From NCBI GenBank assembly GCA_963677435.1, contig OY781945.1:1280001-1344000 (forward strand): a stretch of DNA of 64,000 nt. Reading direction: 5' to 3'. The notes under the pieces were generated by a model. It was not told the origin of the DNA. It worked only from the letters and a program-made list of their open reading frames with translations, and did no database searches. Positions 28,661 through 37,443 of this stretch are shown in pieces; the stretch's first letter is position 1; every line of letters starts with the position of its first letter. The DNA comes from an uncultured Aliarcobacter sp. (GTDB taxonomy: Bacteria; Campylobacterota; Campylobacteria; Campylobacterales; Arcobacteraceae). Both the position numbers and the translations under genes were made by a program.

Positions 28661-30034
28661 ATTTTAATCGAAAATTTTTCAAACTTAAATCTTCCAAAAG
28701 ATTTTTTAACAAACTTAGACTCGCTAGGTTATACAAAACTAACTGCAATCCAACAAAAAAGTTTACCTTTAAGTTTAAATAATAGTGATTTAATAGCTCA
28801 GGCAAAAACAGGTTCAGGAAAAACTGTAGCTTTCTGTATTCCAATACTAAATAAATTAAATATCAAAAATTTTAGAATACAATCTTTAATAATAGCTCCA
28901 ACAAGAGAATTAGCAAATCAAATAGCACAAGAGTTAAGAAAATTATCTCGACATATGCATAATCTAAAAGTTCTTACACTTTGTGGAGGGACTCCATATA
29001 AACCTCAAGTTTTATCTTTAAGTCATGAAGCCCACATAATTGTGGCAACTCCAGGAAGAGTTTTAAAACATATAGAAGAGAATAATATTAATCTTGAAAA
29101 TATAAATACTTTGGTTTTAGATGAAGCAGATAAAATGCTTGATATGGGATTTTACGATGATATTATGAAAATAATTGATACTTTACCAAAAGATAGACAA
29201 ACACTTCTTTTTTCAGCAACTTATGAAAAAAATATTGAAAAACTAGCTTCAAATGTATTAAAAAATCCAACTACAGTAAAAATAGAAAATGAAGAAAAAG
29301 TACATATTAAACAAAAATTCTATGAAGTTAATGAAGGAAGTAAAACTTCATTAATTCCAGCACTTATTTCATCAAACAAAGCAAAATCAATTTTGATTTT
29401 TTGTAACATGAAAATAAAATGTGAAGAGTTAGCTGATGATTTATATTCATTAGGTTTAGATGTGTTAACCCTTCATTCAGATTTAGAGCAAAAACAAAGA
29501 GATGAAACAATAATTTTATTTTCAAACAAATCTTATTCTATTTTAATAGCAACTGATGTAGCTTCACGAGGTTTACATATTGATGATGTTGATTTGGTTA
29601 TAAATTATGATTTATCTTTAGATGAAAAGATTCACACACATCGCATAGGAAGAACAGCAAGAGCTGGAAAAGGTGGGCTTGCAGTTTCATTATATACTTC
29701 AAATGATTTTGATAGGGTAGAACTTATTAAAGATACTTTTAGAGATATTGAAGATGAAAGTATTGATAAAATTGAAGATGATTTATCTTATAAAATTGAT
29801 TCAGGATTACGAACTATATTTATAAATGGTGGAAAAAAACAAAAATTAAGAGCAGGGGATATTTTAGGTGCATTAACTGCTGGAATTGGTTTAGATAAAA
29901 CTGATATTGGTAAAATTGATATTTTAGATTTTGCTTCATATGTTGCAATTAATAAAGAAAAAATAACTTTTGTCCTAGAAAAATTATCAAAAGAGAAAAT
30001 TAAAGGTAAATATTATAAAATCTACGAAAAGTGA
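28661..30034 (+). CDS. dbpA: ATP-dependent DEAD-box RNA helicase DbpA, probable ATT start
   Basis: Frame is open upstream of the track ATG (28955) and contains the Q motif (LGY.KLT.IQ), AQAKTGSGKT and APTRELA. DEAD, SAT, HRIGRTAR and the DbpA RBD GG.K.KLRAGDILGAL follow. Confidence 0.93.
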   Translation: MLIENFSNLNLPKDFLTNLDSLGYTKLTAIQQKSLPLSLNNSDLIAQAKTGSGKTVAFCIPILNKLNIKNFRIQSLIIAPTRELANQIAQELRKLSRHMHNLKVLTLCGGTPYKPQVLSLSHEAHIIVATPGRVLKHIEENNINLENINTLVLDEADKMLDMGFYDDIMKIIDTLPKDRQTLLFSATYEKNIEKLASNVLKNPTTVKIENEEKVHIKQKFYEVNEGSKTSLIPALISSNKAKSILIFCNMKIKCEELADDLYSLGLDVLTLHSDLEQKQRDETIILFSNKSYSILIATDVASRGLHIDDVDLVINYDLSLDEKIHTHRIGRTARAGKGGLAVSLYTSNDFDRVELIKDTFRDIEDESIDKIEDDLSYKIDSGLRTIFINGGKKQKLRAGDILGALTAGIGLDKTDIGKIDILDFASYVAINKEKITFVLEKLSKEKIKGKYYKIYEK

Positions 30035-30054
30035 TAATATAAAGGATACTTTTA

Positions 30055-32457
30055 TTGTTTAAAAATACATTATTCCTGAAAATAATTTTAATATTTACAT
30101 TACCTGCATTAGGGATTTTGTATTTTAGTTCTGTTTTAGTTTATGAAAAAGTACAATCTTATAATGAAATAAATGGAATTAACAATAATCTAAACTATCT
30201 GGTTTATACAGAAAAACTTATTGATTCATTACAAAATGAGAGAGAATTAACTGTAATTAGTTTTTTAGAAAAAAATAAAGAAGTAAAACTTGATGAAGTT
30301 CGATTATTATGCAATAATAATTATAAAAAATTAGAAGCTTTTTTCAAAAAATTAAATTTAGATAATAGATTTGATCAATTAAATTCACAAGTAATAAAAT
30401 TAGAACAATTTAGAACAAGAGTTGATAAATCTGATATAACACTTGATGAAATTTTTGAAGAATATAATAATTTTAATAAAATACTATTGGACTCATTATT
30501 TTTATTAAAACCTATAAAGTTAGCCTATGATTTTAATAGTGAATTTAGAAATATTGTTTATTTTTTAAATTTTAAAGAGTCAACTTATATAGAAAAAACA
30601 ATGTTTATCTCATATTTTACAACTAATAATATGAATGATCGACTCTATAATATGCTTATGAAAAATTATTCATTACAAGAGATAAATAAAGATTTATTTT
30701 TAAATAATTCAAATCTAGATATTGTACAAAAATATAATTCTAAATTAGATGAAGAGTATTTTAATAAAATATTTATGCTAAGAAATAATTTTAAAAATAA
30801 AAATTTCTCACATTTTGAATTAAATCTTCAAGAGTGGAATAAATTATCTTTAGAAAATATTGAATCATTAACAAATATTTATAAAAATTTACTTACTTCT
30901 TTAGATAATCATGTAATAAATTTTGAAAATGATGCCCAAGTAGAAAAGCAAAAAAGTCTTATTTTCTTAGCAGTCTCTTTTTCAACTTTGATAAGTTTAT
31001 TATTTGTTTTAAGAAATATTATTTTTAATGAGCAAAAAAGTTTTTACAAAGTTCAAAAACATAAAGAGGTTTATGAGTTATTGAACAAAGCAAATAAATT
31101 TTTACTAAAAATAGATGATAGGAAAAAACTATTTACTAATATTTGTGAATTACTTTCTGAAAATAATAAAGTTCAATTCTGTTTTATTTATGATTTATAC
31201 TCTGATGATATAATTGCTCAGGATGGAGAATTAAAACAAAAAATATTAAGCCAAAGCCATTTTTATAATGATAAAAATAAAAATAATCTAATTTCTAAAA
31301 CAATGAAATGGGAAACAAATATTATTATTAATAATTTTAGAGAAAAAAATATTTCAGTATTTTATGAAAATGCAAAAGTTTTAAATATTAATTCTATGGC
31401 TTCTTTTCCAATTAAAAAATTCAATAAAGTAGTTGCAACTTTAGCAATTTATTTAAATCAAGTAGATTTTTTTGATCAAGAAGTAGAAATACTATTTGAT
31501 AAATTAGTAGGTGATATAACTCATTGTTTAGAAAAAATTGATTATGAAGAGAATAGATTAAAACAAGAAGATGAATTAAGATTATCTTCATATGCCTTTG
31601 AATCAAGTGAACCTATGATTATTACAAATGATATAGGAGAGATTGTAAAAGTTAATCAAGCATTTTGTAATGTTATGGGATATCCAAAAGAGTATATTAT
31701 TGGTAAAAATCCAAGAATATTTAAATCTGTTCATCAAGACAAAAGATTTGGTGATGCTTTATGGAATGAGTTAAGAGTTAAAGGTTATTGGAGTGGAGAG
31801 GTTTATAATAGAAAATCTACTAATGAAATTATACCTTTGCGAAGTACAATAACTGCTATAAAAGATAAAAATGGAAAAATCACACACTTTTTAGGACAAT
31901 ACATAGATATTGGAGAGCAAAAAGATAAAGAAAAAGTTCTTGAATATCAAGCAACCCATGACAATCTTACTGGACTTCCAAATAGATTATTGCTACTTGA
32001 TAGAATTGAGCATGCAATTACTAAAGTTGTAAGACATAAAATAATTGGTGGTTTAATATTTATTGATTTAGATAATTTCAAAGAAGTAAATGATACTTTA
32101 GGTCATGATATTGGAGATGCTTTACTTATTATGGTCGCTAAAAAAATTAGAGAAATTGTAAGGGATGAAGATACAATAGCTAGAATTGGTGGAGATGAAT
32201 TTATTATATTACTTGATAATGTTGGAAATAATAAAGTTGATGCAAAAATTAATATTAATAATTTAGCAGAAAAAGTAAAAGAAGCATTAAATAGTATTAC
32301 TCACATAGAAGGAAATGTAAATGTATCAACTCCAAGCATTGGAATTACGCTATTTAGTGATTCAAGTGTTAGTGTTAAAGATATTATTAAACAAGCAGAT
32401 ACCGCTATGTATGTTGCTAAAAAACAAGGTAAAAATGCTATTGAATTCTTTGATTAA
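30055..32457 (+). CDS. Diguanylate cyclase: NIT-like periplasmic sensor, GAF, PAS, GGDEF
   Basis: TM, LQNERE helical sensor, TM, GAF-like, PAS (VNQAF...GY....IGKNP), HDNLTGLPNR and RDED..ARIGGDEF. Confidence 0.9.
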   Translation: MFKNTLFLKIILIFTLPALGILYFSSVLVYEKVQSYNEINGINNNLNYLVYTEKLIDSLQNERELTVISFLEKNKEVKLDEVRLLCNNNYKKLEAFFKKLNLDNRFDQLNSQVIKLEQFRTRVDKSDITLDEIFEEYNNFNKILLDSLFLLKPIKLAYDFNSEFRNIVYFLNFKESTYIEKTMFISYFTTNNMNDRLYNMLMKNYSLQEINKDLFLNNSNLDIVQKYNSKLDEEYFNKIFMLRNNFKNKNFSHFELNLQEWNKLSLENIESLTNIYKNLLTSLDNHVINFENDAQVEKQKSLIFLAVSFSTLISLLFVLRNIIFNEQKSFYKVQKHKEVYELLNKANKFLLKIDDRKKLFTNICELLSENNKVQFCFIYDLYSDDIIAQDGELKQKILSQSHFYNDKNKNNLISKTMKWETNIIINNFREKNISVFYENAKVLNINSMASFPIKKFNKVVATLAIYLNQVDFFDQEVEILFDKLVGDITHCLEKIDYEENRLKQEDELRLSSYAFESSEPMIITNDIGEIVKVNQAFCNVMGYPKEYIIGKNPRIFKSVHQDKRFGDALWNELRVKGYWSGEVYNRKSTNEIIPLRSTITAIKDKNGKITHFLGQYIDIGEQKDKEKVLEYQATHDNLTGLPNRLLLLDRIEHAITKVVRHKIIGGLIFIDLDNFKEVNDTLGHDIGDALLIMVAKKIREIVRDEDTIARIGGDEFIILLDNVGNNKVDAKININNLAEKVKEALNSITHIEGNVNVSTPSIGITLFSDSSVSVKDIIKQADTAMYVAKKQGKNAIEFFD

Positions 32458-32516
32458 GCAAGTGATTAAATCTTTATGATAGAATTGCGCCCCTATAAAA
32501 TTTATTAAGGATTATT

Positions 32517-32798
32517 ATGAAAAGTGCAACAGCAAGACATTTATTAGTTGATAGTGAAGAGTTATGTTTAGATTTAAAAAAAAGAATATCATCTGGTGAA
32601 AAATTTGAAGATATAGCAAAAGAGTATTCTTCATGTCCATCTGGTTCAAATGGTGGAGATTTAGGTACATTTTTTGAAGGACAAATGGTTCCTGAATTTG
32701 ATGCTGTAGTATTTAATGAAGCAATAAATGTAGTTCATGGTCCTGTTAAAACAGACTTTGGTTTCCATTTATTAGAAACAACTTCAAGAAGAGATTAA
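32517..32798 (+). CDS. ppiC: Parvulin peptidyl-prolyl isomerase
   Basis: ARHLLV, YSSCPSG..GGDLG.F..GQMVPEFD and VKTDFGFH. Confidence 0.95.
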   Translation: MKSATARHLLVDSEELCLDLKKRISSGEKFEDIAKEYSSCPSGSNGGDLGTFFEGQMVPEFDAVVFNEAINVVHGPVKTDFGFHLLETTSRRD

Positions 32799-33178
32799 TC
32801 AATCTCTTCTTCTAGTTCTTTTGAATACTCAGTAACTTCCTCATCCCATAAAATAGAAACTCCATACTCTTTATCTGTAATTACATATTTAAAATATTCA
32901 CTAGTACCTCTTCTTCCATGAAGTCTTACAATTACTTGATCTTCTTCTAGTAATTTTTTCATTTCATATTTTGAGAAACTTCTTTTATTCCATCGCAAGA
33001 ATACATTTGAATATACTCTAAAAGTACAAGTAGAATCAGCAGTAAAAACAAACTGTTCACTATCATCGTACTCTTTTTTTGCATTCTCACAAGAATAAAG
33101 ATTTACTTTTTTCCCATTTGCAGTACTTTTAATTGCATGAACATTTCCCTTACAATATGGACATTTTCCTAATATCAT
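32795..33178 (-). CDS. Small Cys-rich protein resembling a topoisomerase C-terminal zinc-finger/repeat
   Basis: LGKCPYC...YSCEN...CTFRV...EMKKLL. Confidence 0.65.
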   Translation of the reverse strand: MILGKCPYCKGNVHAIKSTANGKKVNLYSCENAKKEYDDSEQFVFTADSTCTFRVYSNVFLRWNKRSFSKYEMKKLLEEDQVIVRLHGRRGTSEYFKYVITDKEYGVSILWDEEVTEYSKELEEEID

Positions 33179-33260
33179 ATTTTAAACTCCAAATAAATAT
33201 TTGATGAATTTTACTTAAAATTTAAAGAATTACTCAAAAATATTACAAATTGAAATTTAT

Positions 33261-33899
33261 TTAGGGTGCAAGTCTTGAAATAGTCCATGAATTATCACTT
33301 TGAAGTTCATAAACAAATCTATCGTGAAGTCTATCTTGTCCACCTTGCCAAAACTCTATTTTTGTAGGTTTTATAATATATCCACCCCAAAAATCAGGAA
33401 AAGGAACTTCACCTTTTACAAACTTTTTTCTTATTTCATCAAACTTTTGCTCCAGTAAACTTCTTGAACTAATCACTTGACTTTGGTGTGAAACCCAAGC
33501 CCCAATTTGACTACCTTTTGGACGTGAAAGAAAATATTTTAAAGATTCAGTTGTTGAAATTTTTTCTATATTTCCCTCAACTTTTACTTGTCTCTCTAAA
33601 TCAAGCCAAGCAAAAAGTGCTGCAGCTTTTGGGTTTTCATCAATTTGAGATGCTTTTTTACTTTTATAGTTTGTAAAAAATACAAAACCTTTTTCATCAA
33701 AGATTTTAAGAAGTACAGTTCTTATACTTGGCATCATATCAGCTCCAACAGTAGCTAGTGAAAAAGCATTTGGTTCTGTTAGTTTTGCATCCATAGCTTG
33801 ATTAAACCAAGTTTCAAACTGTAAAAAAGGGTTTTGGTTTAGATCTTTTATATCTAAACCTCTTGTTGTGTATTTAGCTCTTAGGTTTGTTAAATCCAA
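33261..33899 (-). CDS. pdxH: Pyridoxamine 5'-phosphate oxidase
   Basis: EPNAFSLAT, RTVLLK, FFTNY.S.K and EFWQG...RLHDR. Confidence 0.97.
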   Translation of the reverse strand: MDLTNLRAKYTTRGLDIKDLNQNPFLQFETWFNQAMDAKLTEPNAFSLATVGADMMPSIRTVLLKIFDEKGFVFFTNYKSKKASQIDENPKAAALFAWLDLERQVKVEGNIEKISTTESLKYFLSRPKGSQIGAWVSHQSQVISSRSLLEQKFDEIRKKFVKGEVPFPDFWGGYIIKPTKIEFWQGGQDRLHDRFVYELQSDNSWTISRLAP

Positions 33900-33950
33900 A
33901 ATTTTTCCTTTGAATTAATATGGGTTATTTTAGCCAAATAACTATTTGTT

Positions 33951-35636
33951 TCATTCCTCAAAAATGTCGAATAATATATTTCTAAGTTCAATTTTCATTT
34001 GTTCATTTAAAATTTTCTTATTTGAATAAAGATAAAAAGGAACAGTATTTCTCATTGAGTATTTTAATCTTTTTCTTAAAGTTGAAATTTCATCAAGATT
34101 TATTAATTCATCTCCATCATACAGATAAAAATCTTTTGCAATTCCTAATTTAAATGAAACAATTTGATATGAGAAAAATAGATTATCCTCTTGATTTTCC
34201 CATTTTTTAATAAATTCATCTAAAGCATTTTGTAACTCTTTTAGTCTATTATCTGTGATATAACCAAAACTTTCTCTAAATTTATATCGCTCAACAGTTG
34301 TAAAATCTAGAACTTTATAGAACTCATTTAGATTTTTCCATGGACTTCTAAATCTTCTTTTTCCAAATAAAACCTCTTCAAAGCAATACATATATTTTAT
34401 ATCTTCTTGGGTTTGGTTCTCTTTGTCTTTTATTTCAAAATATTTAGTTTTAAATAAAGAAATTAGCCAATTTTCATCAAGCATAGAGATTATATCAAGC
34501 TCTTTTTGTTTATTTTGAGTGTTTTTAAAATTCCATAACATAGAGATATTATTTGATATTTTTTCATTTATATCTCCAGATTCAAAATATTTTTTTGATA
34601 AATATTGAACTACATTTTCAAGTAAAGTATCTGTTTTTGCAATTCCATGATTAAAAATTACTTTTTTATAAAGATTAAATCTCATCTCTAACATATGTTC
34701 AATATCAATTAAACTCATATCAAAAAAGCTTAGATAAAATTTTTCATCTTTTTCAACTAATACAGCTTGTTTTGTAATTCTTATATGATCATTTGGGCCT
34801 GTTATATAACCACTTGCAAGCATATCACGGTTTATATAATCAAGTCTATCTGCATCAACTGTGCTATCAATAAAATTATGTAAAACTTTAAAATCAAAAC
34901 CTTCAAAAACTTGCTCTTCTAAAATCAAAATTGACAATCTTTTGATTAATTTTAAATACTCTTTTTCATAAGATTTAACAAGTAATTCTTCAAGTTCATA
35001 ATCAAATAAAAGCTTTAAAAGATTTTCTCCAATAGCTTCATGTAAAACTTCTTTACCATTGTTTGTTATGCTTTCATAATTGTCTTTGAATTTAACTTCT
35101 TTTTCACAAATAATCTCTTGATTTAACTCTTTTTCTTTTATTTTGTCATAAACTTTTTTTAGTGCATATTCAACTTGGTGAGAAAAAGGTAAATGTCCCA
35201 CATCATGAAGTAGGGCAACAATTCGTAAAGTTTGTAAGAAAATAGTATAAGTTGCCCTTTGAGCTTTTGATTTTGTGGGAATTGTAAATTGATATAAAGC
35301 TTTATTATCAAAATACTCCATATCATCTATAGTAACTTTTAAATTTTCCTCTTTTATGATGCTAAGAATTACTCTTTTTAGTGAAGCCAAAAAATCATTT
35401 TTTGTTCTTTTATCTGCATTTAAAAGGGCATTTTTAAACATAAAAGAGGCTAAATGCATTGTTCCTAAAGAGTGAATAAATCTTTTAGTCGTAATTGATG
35501 GATAAGAAAAATATGCCAAGGCATTTTGAGTTATGAATTGTAATCTATTTACTATTTTTGTTTGAAGAATTTTATCTTCAAGTTTTGTATACTCTATATG
35601 ATTGTATATAGTGTCATTTATCAGTCTATTTTGTAT
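33951..35636 (-). CDS. HD-domain phosphohydrolase (SAMHD1/dNTPase-like), probable ATA start
   Basis: RF.HSLG, LLHDVGH.PFSH and DADRLDY..RD. The conserved N-terminus INDTIYNHI...RLQFITQNAL lies in frame upstream of the track TTG (35519), with AAGGA 7 nt before ATA at 35636. Confidence 0.88.
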   Translation of the reverse strand: MQNRLINDTIYNHIEYTKLEDKILQTKIVNRLQFITQNALAYFSYPSITTKRFIHSLGTMHLASFMFKNALLNADKRTKNDFLASLKRVILSIIKEENLKVTIDDMEYFDNKALYQFTIPTKSKAQRATYTIFLQTLRIVALLHDVGHLPFSHQVEYALKKVYDKIKEKELNQEIICEKEVKFKDNYESITNNGKEVLHEAIGENLLKLLFDYELEELLVKSYEKEYLKLIKRLSILILEEQVFEGFDFKVLHNFIDSTVDADRLDYINRDMLASGYITGPNDHIRITKQAVLVEKDEKFYLSFFDMSLIDIEHMLEMRFNLYKKVIFNHGIAKTDTLLENVVQYLSKKYFESGDINEKISNNISMLWNFKNTQNKQKELDIISMLDENWLISLFKTKYFEIKDKENQTQEDIKYMYCFEEVLFGKRRFRSPWKNLNEFYKVLDFTTVERYKFRESFGYITDNRLKELQNALDEFIKKWENQEDNLFFSYQIVSFKLGIAKDFYLYDGDELINLDEISTLRKRLKYSMRNTVPFYLYSNKKILNEQMKIELRNILFDIFEE

Positions 35637-35749
35637 GAGATATTCCTTTGTTTTTATTTTAATATTATATTTTTCTTCAAGTGTATTATTGCTTAATTTA
35701 ATACTATATATAGATTTATTTTCATTTAATGCTAACTGTTATATTATAC

Positions 35750-35764
35750 TAATAACTATTATCA
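35750..35764. promoter_or_regulatory. Fur box
   Basis: TAATAAC-T-ATTATCA versus 7-1-7 consensus TGATAAT-N-ATTATCA (12/14). Confidence 0.6.
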
Positions 35765-35776
35765 AAAAGAGGAATT

Positions 35777-35896
35777 ATGGAAGATTATATCATATATGGT
35801 ATCGTAATCTTAGCTGTGTTTTTTTTATATAAAAAAACATTTGGAAAAAATGCTGGTTGTGGATGTTCTGGCAAAAGTAAATGTTCTAAGAAATAG
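35777..35896 (+). CDS. FeoB-associated Cys-rich membrane protein-like small protein (39 aa; not in ORF track)
   Basis: MEDYIIYGIVILAVFFLYKKTFGKNAGCGCSGKSKCSKK; GAGGA RBS, one TM plus CGC..C tail, upstream Fur box, downstream hairpin. Confidence 0.8.
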   Translation: MEDYIIYGIVILAVFFLYKKTFGKNAGCGCSGKSKCSKK

Positions 35897-35916
35897 AACT
35901 AGTAGTTCTATTTCTT
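35888..35916. terminator. Bidirectional terminator
   Basis: AAGAAATAGAACTA-g-TAGTTCTATTTCTT between convergent genes. Confidence 0.7.
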
Positions 35917-35924
35917 GTTTGAAC

Positions 35925-37316
35925 TCAATCTTTTCTATTTTCAAAGATTCTCTCTGTAAATTGAGCAAATTTACCACGAACAGCTTTTTCAAGCTCTATT
36001 GCAAACATTTTAAGCTCTGGATGAGTTTCATTTGTCTGTTTTAGAAGAGTTGTTAATCCATTATTATATTTATTCAAATATAGATTATCGATTTGTCTAT
36101 TTGAACCAATTACAATAGCCATACAACTTTCATCAAGTCTTGAAAGTATTAATTGTGTTGTTTTTTCACTTGAGTTTTGCCATTCATCCATTATCACAAT
36201 GGAAGCTGACAAAGTTCTTCCTCTAGCTTCTCCTGGCCATAAAGTTTCTATACAATATCTTGATCTTAATTCATCAATTTTTGATTCTATTGATTCTTGA
36301 TTTTCTCTATTTTCACTTTTTTTAAGATGTTTTTTTGCAATGAATTCTAAGGTATCCATAAGTGCCATATTATAGATTCTAAACTTCTCATCATTTCCTG
36401 ATAAATATCCAATATCTGCACCTTTATCAAGGGATTCTATAGAGTTTCTAACATAAACAATTTTATCATATAAACCTAAATCAATAAGTCTCATGGCACT
36501 CACAACTGACATCAGAGTTTTTCCACTTCCAGCTTTTGCATCAATTACAAGTAAATCATACATATTTGATAAAATGGCTTTTGTAAATAGTTTTTGTTTT
36601 AGATTTACTGGTTTTACATTTAAAGCTTTAAAATCATTCTCTTTTAAAACATCAACCCTTTTATCATGAATAATTGCATATTCTACATTTCCATCCGAAC
36701 TTTCAAAACTATATGCAAAGTTTTCAGCTTCGTATTCACTATCAACTAAAGTAATATCTTTATTTTCTAAACTATTAAATAATGAAGAATCAAATTCTAT
36801 TGATTTTACAAAGTTAAATTTAGGAACAGTAGATTTATCATCATGTAGAGTTTCTGTTTTAATACTTTTAAAAAGTGCAAAGGTTCTTGCATATACATCA
36901 AGTGATAAAAAGATTGTTTGGCAACCTTTGTAGTATTCTTGGGCTATTGAAGCTACTTCTATTATTCTTTTATCATTTGACTCAGAAATATGAATTTGCT
37001 CAATTACCGTGTCATATTTATCTTTTGAGATAATATCAATATTTATCTCTTCATTAAAAAGTTTCACAACTTTAAAGCCAAGTTTATAATCAACCTCTTT
37101 TATTTTCATCTTTGCTAATAATCTTGCAAACTCTCTTGAATAATACCCAAGTTCACTAGACAGTTTCTTTTTATCCTCTAATTCAAGAAGAACTGTTTCA
37201 GGTACTACGATGTGGTTAGTTTTATTGTCTGAAATTTTGTAGAGATTTTGAAGATTTTGTAAGATGATGTTTGTGTCTAGGACATATACTTTTTCTTTCA
37301 TAAGAAATTCTAACAT
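35925..37316 (-). CDS. PIN-PhoH family protein (PhoH2/YlaK-like); start may be 37301
   Basis: YVLDTNI PIN motif, NDKRII, AGSGKT, IGYLSG, RGRT and DE.QN. Confidence 0.9.
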   Translation of the reverse strand: MLEFLMKEKVYVLDTNIILQNLQNLYKISDNKTNHIVVPETVLLELEDKKKLSSELGYYSREFARLLAKMKIKEVDYKLGFKVVKLFNEEINIDIISKDKYDTVIEQIHISESNDKRIIEVASIAQEYYKGCQTIFLSLDVYARTFALFKSIKTETLHDDKSTVPKFNFVKSIEFDSSLFNSLENKDITLVDSEYEAENFAYSFESSDGNVEYAIIHDKRVDVLKENDFKALNVKPVNLKQKLFTKAILSNMYDLLVIDAKAGSGKTLMSVVSAMRLIDLGLYDKIVYVRNSIESLDKGADIGYLSGNDEKFRIYNMALMDTLEFIAKKHLKKSENRENQESIESKIDELRSRYCIETLWPGEARGRTLSASIVIMDEWQNSSEKTTQLILSRLDESCMAIVIGSNRQIDNLYLNKYNNGLTTLLKQTNETHPELKMFAIELEKAVRGKFAQFTERIFENRKD

Positions 37317-37443
37317 AGATTGATAACAAAAAAGTTACATTATTTGGATGTTTTGTATAAATTTAATTTACGATTATTTTCTTATTTCTTAACTTTACAT
37401 AAATAATTGTATAATTGTTAAATTAATTAATTTAAGGATTTAT

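Noticed and set aside
28575..28844. 89-aa minus-strand ORF
   Set aside because: Antisense to the real N-terminus of dbpA
35602..36044. Track ORFs 35602-35832 and 35841-36044
   Set aside because: They overlap the HD gene start, the better-supported 39-aa ORF and the phoH 3' end
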